From positions 27 through 64,026 of the forward strand of contig JAHFOF010000001.1 of the NCBI GenBank assembly GCA_023266935.1: a stretch of 64,000 bases of DNA, given 5' to 3'. This DNA is from a bacterium. Lineage in GTDB: Bacteria; Patescibacteriota; Minisyncoccia; Phycocordibacterales; Zambryskibacteraceae. The notes below the pieces were generated by a model, which saw nothing but the letters and a program-made list of their open reading frames with translations, was not told the origin of the DNA and ran no database searches. Below are positions 29,432 through 38,035 of the stretch, one piece after another. The position numbers were made by a program, and so were the translations under genes. The stretch's first letter is position 1. The number at the start of each line of letters is the position of its first letter.

Positions 29432-29449
29432 GAGAAACTACAATAGTAA

Positions 29450-29562
29450 CGAGAAACCACATGGTTGTCTGCATTCCACCTGTTCGGATTCTCGACGGAG
29501 TTCGCGTTCAAGTTCCAACCGTCGTTGTTGGCGTTCCAGTTCGCGTTCACAGCCCAGAGTCG
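29450..29562 (-). repeat. DGR template repeat (TR) ending in IMH*
   Basis: 113-bp match to 29824-29936; 12 AAY codons; all 21 mismatches at TR adenines. Confidence 0.96.
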
Positions 29563-29785
29563 TTTCGTGTGAGAAACCATCTATGCCACCATCCCTTGAA
29601 TACTCTCGGGGTTGAATTTTATTCGGCATCATAATGCCAGAGTATCTCACACCAACTATTTTTGTTTTTTGGTCGAAAAAATATCGACACTATCTGCCAC
29701 CCCAAACCTTGGTCGGGAATGCCAGCAGACTTGTTTTTATTATATATGAAAATGGGCACCCTTTCGGAATGCCCATTCGTCCATC

Positions 29786-29804
29786 ATCCCGCCCATGGCG
29801 GGAT
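29786..29804 (-). promoter_or_regulatory. Hairpin downstream of VR/IMH (DGR homing hairpin candidate)
   Basis: ATCCCGCC-3nt-GGCGGGAT, 8-bp GC-rich stem, 12 nt after the target stop codon. Confidence 0.65.
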
Positions 29805-29816
29805 TTCAAGGGAACA

Positions 29817-30365
29817 TCAGTTGCGAGAAACCACACGGTCGCCCGCACCCCACCCGTGCGGATTCCCGACGGAGTTCGCGCGCAAGCCCCAACCGTCGCG
29901 GCCGGCGCTCCAGTCCGCGCGCACAGCCCAGAGTCGACCATCCTTACCACGAAGGTAAAAGATGAACCACTCGGTGCTCCCGCGGTTGTCCGCAAGGAAC
30001 TGCTTGAATTGGGATACCGATGTTTCCGCCTTGTCCCCCAGCTCGGTGAGGATGGGAGCATCGAGTGACGACTGCTCGAGCTTCCTTACAGCAAGCTCGG
30101 CCACATCGGTGACGGGAACTTCGAGGCCAAGGAACTGGCTCTCAAAATTGTTCCCGAACCACTTGGCCCCAGCTTCTGCAAAATACTGCTTCGAGGTGGT
30201 GACTGCCGGTTGGGCAGGCATCCTCACCGTGCGGAGAAGGGTGAGGAGGGTCTTGAAGACGATCTCGCCCTGACCACCGATAAAGCGAAGGAAGTTCTCC
30301 CAACCGCCCATACGGTTGATGCAAGCTTCCGTCTGCCCAGCGGTTACATCGTTGTACTTGGCCAT
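29817..30365 (-). CDS. DGR target protein (182 aa) with C-terminal variable region, probably CLec-like
   Basis: GGGGAG RBS; last 38 codons are the VR; no signal peptide or TM segment visible. Confidence 0.9.
   Translation of the reverse strand: MAKYNDVTAGQTEACINRMGGWENFLRFIGGQGEIVFKTLLTLLRTVRMPAQPAVTTSKQYFAEAGAKWFGNNFESQFLGLEVPVTDVAELAVRKLEQSSLDAPILTELGDKAETSVSQFKQFLADNRGSTEWFIFYLRGKDGRLWAVRADWSAGRDGWGLRANSVGNPHGWGAGDRVVSRN
29824..29936 (-). repeat. DGR variable repeat (VR) with IMH at the 3' end
   Basis: RLWAVRADWSAGRDGWGLRANSVGNPHGWGAGDRVVSR versus TR RLWAVNANWNANNDGWNLNANSVENPNRWNADNHVVSR. Confidence 0.96.
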
Positions 30366-30519
30366 TGTGTTCTCCCCAGCTCAAAGCTGAAGTCATCCCT
30401 CTATCCGAGGTTGTAGGAGCTTGGCAACCGAGTGTCGCCATAGCACTAGAGAAATAAAATTTACATCCCTAAGGCTATGGCGAATTGCAACTGATTTAAA
30501 TGAACTTTTAACTGTATAT

Positions 30520-30548
30520 AGTATATACCTAAATTAGTAGTTTGTCAA
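30520..30548 (-). promoter_or_regulatory. Sigma70 promoter of the DGR target gene
   Basis: TTGACA-N17-TATACT. Confidence 0.7.
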
Positions 30549-30592
30549 ATGATTCATGCCAAGGCCTTGCCTCGTCAGATTATAACCTTATT

Positions 30593-32260
30593 TTAAGGCT
30601 TTATTTCAATAATCCTTAATCGAAGCTCCGGGCGATTTCTAAAATATGATTTTTCAAGATGGGCAGTAATGGTGCAAGAGATGCCTGGTGTAGGAAGCAC
30701 AGAATAGGAAGTGGGGGAAGAAAAAAAGGAAATAGCTTTAATGTTTTTTCCTTCTTCGGTTGAGAAGGTTAATTCGAGGTGATTGTTTTCTTTACCAAAT
30801 TGTTTGGCTGATTTAATTTTTGCTTTTGGGATTTCAAAAATTGGTTTTGGATTCCCTGTGCCGAACGGACCGAAAGCGGAAATTGTTTCCCAAAGTGTTT
30901 CTCCGATATGACTAAGTTCTATGATTATATTTTTGTTTTCTCTCTGCACTTCTCTCTTTGAATTTTCTCTAACTTTATCTACAGCGAGTGATAATTGTTT
31001 TTCAAGAGTTGTAAGTTGTTCAAGGGTTACAGAAAACCCCCCTGCACCTGCATGTCCGCCGAATTCTAAAAATAATCCAGGCACTTCACTCATAAGCATG
31101 TGCAAATCTATATCATCTGTTGTTCTACACGAACCTTTGAGGATATTATCTCCGTCCCTCCCCCACACGAACACTGGACGGTTATATTCTTCGACAAGTG
31201 AGTTGGCCACGAGTCCAGCGAGTGATGGTCGCCATTCTGGATTGCCAACGACAATTACTTTTTTTATTTCCACACGTTCGGATAAATGTTTCTTGGCCTC
31301 TTTTACCAACGCAGCCACAGTTCCCTTGCGTTCATTGTTTATTTTCTCAAGGTGATCAGCGAGTCTGTCCGCTTCTAATAGATTAGTAGTAGAGAGTAGT
31401 TTGAAAGCATCTTCTGGTTTCCCCATCCTCGACGCCGCATTTATACGTGGAGTAATCATAAAGGCCACATCATCTTCGGTTAAAAATTTCTGCTCAATAT
31501 TTAATTTATTTAAAAGCCTTACCAATCCTGGTCGAGGAGATTTCCTCAAAACATCCAAACCAAATTTGGCCAGAATTCTATTTTCATCAACGAGAGGCAC
31601 CATGTCCGAAAGGGTGGCTATACCCACCATATCCAAAGACCATTTTTCTTGACCTTCTTTAATCCCAAAATTTTCCTTTTCCAAAATCGCTTGAACAAGT
31701 TTATAAGCGAGAGCTGCTCCGCATAATTCTTTAAATGGATACTTGGAATTTTTTAATTTTGGATTGACTATCGCATAGGCTTTGGGCAAATTTTCCTGCT
31801 TGCCCGTCAGAAGGGAGGGCTCGTGGTGGTCAGTAATTATCACATCCATCTTTTTCTTATTCGCATGAGCCACTTCTTTGATATCAGCCGTACCGCAATC
31901 AACTGTGATAATAAGTTTCGTGCCTCGTTCTGCGATCTCATCTACAGCTTCAGTATTCAAACCAAATCCTTCGTCGTGTCTATGAGGAATATAGAACGAA
32001 ATATTTTTATAATTCGCCCGATTAAAAAAGTCTGAAAGTACTACCGCCCCAGGAATTCCGTCCGCATCATAATCTGAAAATACGACGATGTGTTTATCAT
32101 TCTTCATTACTTCTATAACCCTATCTCTCGCTTTCCCCATATCAGGCAAAAGTAGTGGGTTATGAAGTTTTTTATAATCAGGTTGAAGAAATTCGTCTCT
32201 AGATTCCCCCACGAGACCTCGTTCAGACAGAAGAGCTTCGAAGATTTCAGGGAAGTTCAT
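30593..32260 (-). CDS. recJ: Single-stranded DNA exonuclease RecJ
   Basis: DYDADG, ITVDCG, TDHH, PRINAASR, FGGHAGAGG, PFGTGNPKP. Confidence 0.97.
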   Translation of the reverse strand: MNFPEIFEALLSERGLVGESRDEFLQPDYKKLHNPLLLPDMGKARDRVIEVMKNDKHIVVFSDYDADGIPGAVVLSDFFNRANYKNISFYIPHRHDEGFGLNTEAVDEIAERGTKLIITVDCGTADIKEVAHANKKKMDVIITDHHEPSLLTGKQENLPKAYAIVNPKLKNSKYPFKELCGAALAYKLVQAILEKENFGIKEGQEKWSLDMVGIATLSDMVPLVDENRILAKFGLDVLRKSPRPGLVRLLNKLNIEQKFLTEDDVAFMITPRINAASRMGKPEDAFKLLSTTNLLEADRLADHLEKINNERKGTVAALVKEAKKHLSERVEIKKVIVVGNPEWRPSLAGLVANSLVEEYNRPVFVWGRDGDNILKGSCRTTDDIDLHMLMSEVPGLFLEFGGHAGAGGFSVTLEQLTTLEKQLSLAVDKVRENSKREVQRENKNIIIELSHIGETLWETISAFGPFGTGNPKPIFEIPKAKIKSAKQFGKENNHLELTFSTEEGKNIKAISFFSSPTSYSVLPTPGISCTITAHLEKSYFRNRPELRLRIIEIKP

Positions 32261-32290
32261 GGGGCTAGTTTACCATGCTAGAATAGATTT

Positions 32291-33271
32291 ATGAGAAAAA
32301 AGCATCAAGGAGGTTTCATAGAAGGCCTTATTATGGCTCTCGGATTATTGGCCATATTTCTCCTCTTTATTTTGCCCAAAACTCCTCCCGGACCAACAAC
32401 AAATTTGCCCAGTTTATCTGGAAAGACATACCCCACAGAATATCAATCTCCTAATACGAATGAGCCAAATACAAATAATGTGGTGAAAAACTCATCCTTC
32501 TCAAACACGATATCTATCTATAGTGGCAATGCTCCATATTCGTATCAACCAGCTGATGAATATATCACCTTGACTAACAATAGTGATAAACCAATCACCC
32601 TTACTGGCTGGGCACTTCAAAATGCGAAGGGAGACAGAACCTACGTTCTGGGCGGATCAGTTCAAAGATATGTTTCAGATTCAGTAGTCATCCCCACAGG
32701 AGTTCATATTCTTTCCCCAACAGGAAATAACCAATTAGAAAACATTGTTTTGAAACCAAGTGAATCAGCCGTGGTGACAACTGGTTCGATTGGGGTTGTC
32801 ACTCCTTATAAAATTGTGAGTTTTAAGGAAAATCTCTGTACAGGATATATTCAAAATCTTCCAGATTATTCTTTCACTCCCCCACTTCAATCCAACTGTG
32901 TTTCGCCGAGGAACGAACCAGGTGTGAGAAACCTCGACACACAGTGTCAGGACTATATCTCCAGTATGTCGAGTTGTCATACTCCCAAATATGATACCGT
33001 CGATACACAAGGTCGAACAGCAGATAGACAAGGTAACACTTGCAACGGATGTGTGGATGGTAATAACACTCTGTCTAATTCTTGTATTTCCTTCATTAAA
33101 GCTCATTTCAGCTATCAAGGATGCTTGGCTTATCATCAGAATGACTCAAACTTTTCAAGTCGTAATTGGAGAATATATTTGAACAAGCAATGGGAACTGT
33201 GGGCCAAGAGTTATGAAACCATTTCTCTCTTTGATGCGTATGAAAAACTGGTTAATTATCAATCGTACTAG
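32291..33271 (+). CDS. Membrane-anchored, Cys-rich secreted protein with lamin-tail-like domain
   Basis: N-terminal KKHQGGFIE plus TM; EYITLTN..PITLTGW LTD-like motif; paired cysteines. Confidence 0.7.
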   Translation: MRKKHQGGFIEGLIMALGLLAIFLLFILPKTPPGPTTNLPSLSGKTYPTEYQSPNTNEPNTNNVVKNSSFSNTISIYSGNAPYSYQPADEYITLTNNSDKPITLTGWALQNAKGDRTYVLGGSVQRYVSDSVVIPTGVHILSPTGNNQLENIVLKPSESAVVTTGSIGVVTPYKIVSFKENLCTGYIQNLPDYSFTPPLQSNCVSPRNEPGVRNLDTQCQDYISSMSSCHTPKYDTVDTQGRTADRQGNTCNGCVDGNNTLSNSCISFIKAHFSYQGCLAYHQNDSNFSSRNWRIYLNKQWELWAKSYETISLFDAYEKLVNYQSY

Positions 33272-33295
33272 TTTCATTACCTCTTTCTAAATAAA

Positions 33296-33706
33296 ATGCA
33301 CGATCCAAATTGTATTTTTTGTAAGATTGCCAAGGGCGACATCCCTTCTCATAAAATTTATGAGGATGAAGATGTTTTTGCTTTTCTGGATATTGAACCA
33401 GTAAACATAGGTCACGCGTTGATTATCCCTAAAAAACATTATGTTTCGATGGAAGAAACACCCGACGAACTTCTATCAAAAGTATTCATCGTTTCCAAAA
33501 ATCTTCGCCCAAAAATTAAACAGGCTCTTGATGCCAACGTTGTTGCCCTTACAGTAATTGGTCTCCACGTTCCTCATTTCCATGTTCAATTAATCCCCAG
33601 ATTTAAAGACGATGGTCTTGGTGGTTTTTGGCCCACTAAAAAATATAAAGACTCGACCGAAGCAGAAACCACCGCAAATAAAATCCGCTCAGCTATATCC
33701 TCTTAA
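33296..33706 (+). CDS. HIT family nucleotide hydrolase
   Basis: CIFCKI, AFLDIEP..GHALIIPKKH, HVPHFHVQLIPR. Confidence 0.92.
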   Translation: MHDPNCIFCKIAKGDIPSHKIYEDEDVFAFLDIEPVNIGHALIIPKKHYVSMEETPDELLSKVFIVSKNLRPKIKQALDANVVALTVIGLHVPHFHVQLIPRFKDDGLGGFWPTKKYKDSTEAETTANKIRSAISS

Positions 33707-34727
33707 GAGCTTCTATACCCACGAGTGTGCCGGTGGCCAGAAAATCTAACATCGCCCCTCCTCCAGTAGAAACAAAACTAAATTTATCCAACAAACCAAG
33801 TTCCTTTATAGCTGAAAGTGTATCTCCCCCACCAACAATCGTTTCTGCTTCAGAGTTCGCGATTAATTTAGCTAATTCAAGTGTCCCAGTTTTATAACTT
33901 TTCTCAAATTCTCCGAGAGGACCGTTCCATAAAATAAATTTTGAACTTTCAATTCTTAATTTTAAATTTTCAATCGTCTTTGGTCCTGCATCTTCTATTC
34001 GTGTCCCATCTAAAACAGTGTCTATCGGCAAAATGATTTTCCCTTCCTGAATTTTTTCTTTTAACCCAAAATCTCCATCTGATACTAATGAATCTCCCAC
34101 ATCTTGACCCATCGCTTTAAAAAAATTATTCGCCAGTGCTCCCCCAATAAAAATATCGTCAGCAATATTTAAAAATTTATCTATTAATGAAAGTTTGGTT
34201 TCAAACTTCGCTCCTCCAAGAATAAAAAGGAAGGGGTGTTTCGGATAAAAAGCATTAGAAAGTCGTTTTACTTCCTCATTAAATTGGAGCCCCGCAAATG
34301 AGGGCAAAAGTTTGGGCAAACCAACAATAGAAGCATATTCTCTGTGTGATTCTGAGAAAGCTTCGTTCACAAACAAATCTACTCCGGAGGCCAGTTTGAC
34401 CGCCAAGTCGCGCAAATTTTCTTTTTCTCCTTTCTCCATTCGCAAATTTGGAAGTAGCATTAAATCACTTGGTTCTATGAAAGTCAGCGGGAGAAAACCT
34501 TTGACATATTCGTATACAGTCTGCAGATTTTCTGATTCTGAATCATGATGACTAATTAAAATTATTTTCGCACCTGCTTTTTGTAAATATTCAATTGTCG
34601 GTAAGGTCTTTTTGATACGAAAATCATCTACTACTTTGCCATTTTCTATAGGGACGTTCCAATCCACACGGACCAAGACTGTTTTACCTTCAATATTTCC
34701 TGCTTCAAGGATAGTTTTGAAGTCCAT
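33693..34727 (-). CDS. pgk: Phosphoglycerate kinase
   Basis: VRVDWNVP, ILGGAK, WNGPLG, VSTGGGA. Confidence 0.96.
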   Translation of the reverse strand: MDFKTILEAGNIEGKTVLVRVDWNVPIENGKVVDDFRIKKTLPTIEYLQKAGAKIILISHHDSESENLQTVYEYVKGFLPLTFIEPSDLMLLPNLRMEKGEKENLRDLAVKLASGVDLFVNEAFSESHREYASIVGLPKLLPSFAGLQFNEEVKRLSNAFYPKHPFLFILGGAKFETKLSLIDKFLNIADDIFIGGALANNFFKAMGQDVGDSLVSDGDFGLKEKIQEGKIILPIDTVLDGTRIEDAGPKTIENLKLRIESSKFILWNGPLGEFEKSYKTGTLELAKLIANSEAETIVGGGDTLSAIKELGLLDKFSFVSTGGGAMLDFLATGTLVGIEALKRI

Positions 34728-34728
34728 A

Positions 34729-35493
34729 TTATTTTTTTAATAAAGCTTGGGCAATTTTTCCAAAATTTTCTGGATCGAGTGACGCCTGACCAACCAAAAA
34801 ACCATTAATACCTGTTCGTACCAAACCTTCAACTCCACTTTTTTCTACTGAACCTCCATAAAGGATAGGAATCTTGTCGGCCGTTTTTCTATCATAGATG
34901 TCCGTCAAAACTTTTCTAATAAAAATAATCATTTGGGCTAAATCTTCTGGGGCCATCGCATATTTCGCTCCTTTGTCTATAGCCCAAACTGGTTCATAAG
35001 CCACAACTAGCTTTGTTGCATTTTCTTTTTTCTTTATACCACCAAGAGATAGTCGAATTTGGTGTCTAATGAATTCTAAAAATTCTCCTTCTCTATCCCT
35101 TTCATTCTCCCCCACACAAACCAAAGGGGTAATCCCCGCTTTTAAAGCTACTTTTATTTTTTCTGTCACTTCTTCATTGGTTTCCCCAAGGGCTCTGCGG
35201 TCAGAGTGACCAATAATAGAAAGCCGAACACCGAAACCCTGTAGAATATCTACCTCTACTGCTCCAGTCGTGGTCTTTTTGCCTATAGAAATGTCTTGGG
35301 AAGCTAATTTTGAGAAAGTTTTTGTTTTTTTGGATACAGACTCAAAATATGCAAGCGGTGGAGCAATGAAAGTGTTGAGTTTTTTATAAACATCGGATTT
35401 TTTAGAGAAACCCTTAAGTATTTCATTCGCTTTCCCAAGTGAATCTGGACGGTTTTTCCAATTTGCAACCAATATCGGTTTTGTCATTCTCAC
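34729..35493 (-). CDS. tpiA: Triosephosphate isomerase
   Basis: ANWK, IGHSDRR, AYEPVWAI, LYGGSV, GFLVGQASL. Confidence 0.95.
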   Translation of the reverse strand: MRMTKPILVANWKNRPDSLGKANEILKGFSKKSDVYKKLNTFIAPPLAYFESVSKKTKTFSKLASQDISIGKKTTTGAVEVDILQGFGVRLSIIGHSDRRALGETNEEVTEKIKVALKAGITPLVCVGENERDREGEFLEFIRHQIRLSLGGIKKKENATKLVVAYEPVWAIDKGAKYAMAPEDLAQMIIFIRKVLTDIYDRKTADKIPILYGGSVEKSGVEGLVRTGINGFLVGQASLDPENFGKIAQALLKK

Positions 35494-35523
35494 TATTATA
35501 GCAAACTAGACCAACTAACGTCT

Positions 35524-36039
35524 TTATTTCTTCTGAACGACCATTATGTGAACGGTGGTTTGCTTATTCTGAACTGAAACAAGAACAGAGAGTTCCTGCC
35601 CTCCTTTTTCTCCATATAAAGTTCCTTGGGCTTGAACACTTTCTTCTTTTTTAAGTTGAAAACCATCTTTAATCATAAAATCACTATATTCTTTCCATTT
35701 TTGAACAACTGTTTTCTGACTTGTGTAACCAACTGTATATTGAACATACCCTGCGTTCCTGTATTCGGTATTATAGCTTTCAAAAATGTTTGAAAGTTCA
35801 ACAGGAATGGTGTTAGGAAATCCCGTGGGAAGGTTCAGGGCAGAAGTTGAGGTGCTCTGACTCGACTGATTAACGACAACATCGCTTACTGGTGCAGAGT
35901 TAACTATTGGTGCAGGGGCAGAAATGAGGGTTGGGGCAACATAAATCTTTGTGCTGGTATACCAAAAATATCCGCCGATAAACAAAACAAGGATAAGAAG
36001 CCCGAGCAGTCCTCCTTCAACTTTTTGTTTTTGATCCAT
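35524..36039 (-). CDS. Hypothetical single-pass membrane protein
   Basis: N-terminal TM, S/T/P linker, LPTGFPNTIPV. Confidence 0.7.
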   Translation of the reverse strand: MDQKQKVEGGLLGLLILVLFIGGYFWYTSTKIYVAPTLISAPAPIVNSAPVSDVVVNQSSQSTSTSALNLPTGFPNTIPVELSNIFESYNTEYRNAGYVQYTVGYTSQKTVVQKWKEYSDFMIKDGFQLKKEESVQAQGTLYGEKGGQELSVLVSVQNKQTTVHIMVVQKK

Positions 36040-36119
36040 AGATTTAAAGAAAAGATAAGTTTCTATTTAACTTTTCAAATTATATCATGTATATAGTCTC
36101 ATTGTGGTAGCATTAGTTT

Positions 36120-36899
36120 ATGGCAAAAGATTTTTCTATCATTAGCTGGAACGTAAACGGCCTACGAGCAGTGCACAAAAAAGGTGCTTTCGATCAAATT
36201 CTCGAAGAAAAACCTGACATTTTGTGCATTCAGGAAACGAAAAGCTTGCCAGAACAACTTCCCGAAGAAGCTCGCTCTCCTGTTGGTTATCACTCTTATT
36301 TTCACTTCCCTGTCATAAAGAAGGGCTACAGTGGTGTAGCCATATATTCTAAAGAAGAACCACAAGGAGTCGTGAATGACCTTGGGATAAAAGAGATGGA
36401 CCAAGAAGGACGCTTAATCGTGGCTCATTATAAGGACTTTTCTCTTATTAATATCTATTTCCCTAATGGTGGAGGTGCTCCGGAGAGATTACACTATAAG
36501 CTTGATTTTTATGATCATTTTCTTGAATTTGTGGACAAATTACATAAAAAACAACCTAATATTGTGTTTTGCGGAGATGTAAATGTGGCACATACAGCCA
36601 TCGATCTCGCCAGACCGAAAGAGAACGAAACTCATGTTGGGTTTTTACCCATTGAGCGAGCTTGGATGGACAAACTAATTTCTCATGGTTGGACAGATGT
36701 TTTTAGACATTTTTATCCAAAGAAAATTGAGGCTTATACATACTGGGATATGAAAACTTTTGCTCGAGAAAGAAATGTTGGATGGAGAATTGATTATTTT
36801 TTTGCTTCTCCAGAAATGCTAAAAAAAATTAAAGATATAAAAATACTTGACAACATTTTAGGTTCAGACCACTGCCCTATCAAAATAACCCTTAAATAG
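36120..36899 (+). CDS. xth: Exodeoxyribonuclease III
   Basis: SWNVNGLRA, QETK, GDVNVAH, GWRIDY, SDHCP. Confidence 0.97.
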   Translation: MAKDFSIISWNVNGLRAVHKKGAFDQILEEKPDILCIQETKSLPEQLPEEARSPVGYHSYFHFPVIKKGYSGVAIYSKEEPQGVVNDLGIKEMDQEGRLIVAHYKDFSLINIYFPNGGGAPERLHYKLDFYDHFLEFVDKLHKKQPNIVFCGDVNVAHTAIDLARPKENETHVGFLPIERAWMDKLISHGWTDVFRHFYPKKIEAYTYWDMKTFARERNVGWRIDYFFASPEMLKKIKDIKILDNILGSDHCPIKITLK

Positions 36900-36930
36900 A
36901 GCCATATAATAAAAGGACAAAATAATTTCG

Positions 36931-36939
36931 TTATCCACA
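36931..36939 (+). promoter_or_regulatory. Perfect DnaA box
   Basis: TTATCCACA. Confidence 0.5.
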
Positions 36940-37398
36940 GTTTTTATTTAGTACATTGTCCTTTATGGGTATATACTATTCACAGACGCAATTCGGTGAA
37001 AGTATTCCCCTCTGGAACGCAAGATCCGATAACAGCATTGGTACAAATGTCGACACCTATATTTTTGGGAGTCGGCCGACTCCCCCGAAAGGAGTGCCTG
37101 GTTTGAACCCGTGTTTGGTGGAGGCTACCTTTCCTCAACCTTTAAATTTGCGATAGCGTTTAGCTTTCGCCACTCGAGTTCGTTCTGGGACTTACTTTTA
37201 TTCGAGCATTGTCACCGCCTTTGGCGGGACCTCGCAAAATGCGATGGCTCGACACACGCCCGCGGATCGCCCCGCCGGCGTTTTTGTTTATAAATTGATT
37301 AAATGTCTCTCATTCGTCCCTTAACTTTTGATGTTAAAATATAAAAAGTGCTAAAAACTCTTTGTTATAGGCACAATTATGACACAAAATTTTAAAAC

Positions 37399-37407
37399 TG
37401 TGGATAA
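37399..37407 (-). promoter_or_regulatory. Perfect DnaA box
   Basis: TGTGGATAA on the plus strand. Confidence 0.5.
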
Positions 37408-37491
37408 GTGTGTGGAATGTGTGTATTAAAGACATGTCTCTAATAATATATAGTCTAATTGTCTCTAATTTGAGCCATATTTTAATAAATT

Positions 37492-37507
37492 GTCTTCACG
37501 TGAAACA
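37492..37507. promoter_or_regulatory. parS-like site
   Basis: GTCTTCACGTGAAACA, 13/16 to TGTTTCACGTGAAACA. Confidence 0.5.
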
Positions 37508-37525
37508 TTTAACTATTTGTTATTC

Positions 37526-37933
37526 ATGAAACTAGATAATCGCACCGAAAAACGAAAATTGGGCGATATTGGCGAAAACATCGCTTGTGATTATTTGATT
37601 AGACACGGATTTGAAGTTATAGAAAGAAACTATCTTAGAAAATGGGGGGAACTAGATATTATAGCTAAAAAGAAGGGGACTATTCGTTTTGTGGAGGTAA
37701 AATCAGTTTCATGTGCAACTTTACCAAATAATGTTACTCATGTAACAGATAACTACCGTCCTGAAGAAAATGTTCATCCACAGAAGTTAAAAAGATTATC
37801 CAGAGCCATTCAAACTTATATACTCGAAAAACGTTTGGATAATGTGGATTGGCAATTAGACATCATCACGGTAAAAATCGATCAGACTAACAGAAAAGCA
37901 AGAGTTGAGATGCTTGAAAACATTATCATCTAG
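37526..37933 (+). CDS. YraN/UPF0102 family nuclease-fold protein
   Basis: GDIGENIA..YL, ERNY...GELDIIA, FVEVK; start MKLDN at 37526. Confidence 0.9.
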   Translation: MKLDNRTEKRKLGDIGENIACDYLIRHGFEVIERNYLRKWGELDIIAKKKGTIRFVEVKSVSCATLPNNVTHVTDNYRPEENVHPQKLKRLSRAIQTYILEKRLDNVDWQLDIITVKIDQTNRKARVEMLENIII

Positions 37934-37934
37934 G

Positions 37935-38006
37935 TGCCCCTGGCAGGAATCGAACCCACATCACTTGTTCCGAAGACAAGTACTTTATCCATTAAGCTAC
38001 AGGGGC
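37935..38006 (-). tRNA. tRNA-Arg(TCG)
   Basis: Cloverleaf GCCCCTG...CAGGGGC-A; anticodon arm CTTGT-CTTCGGA-ACAAG; GGTTCGATTCC. Confidence 0.93.
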
Positions 38007-38035
38007 ATGCCTCGCCAACAGGCTACGGCCGAGGG

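Larger units (their letters stand above)
28069..30548 (-). mobile_element. Diversity-generating retroelement: target(VR)-hairpin-TR-[avd antisense]-RT
   Basis: All canonical DGR parts within 2.5 kb between recJ and rnhA. Confidence 0.93.

Noticed and set aside
29634-30441. Several overlapping ORFs around the DGR target (29634-30068, 29662-29958, 29690-30061, 29962-30273, 30142-30441)
   Set aside because: Alternative frames in GC-rich DNA; only 29817-30365 has an RBS and places the VR adenines in AAY codon positions.
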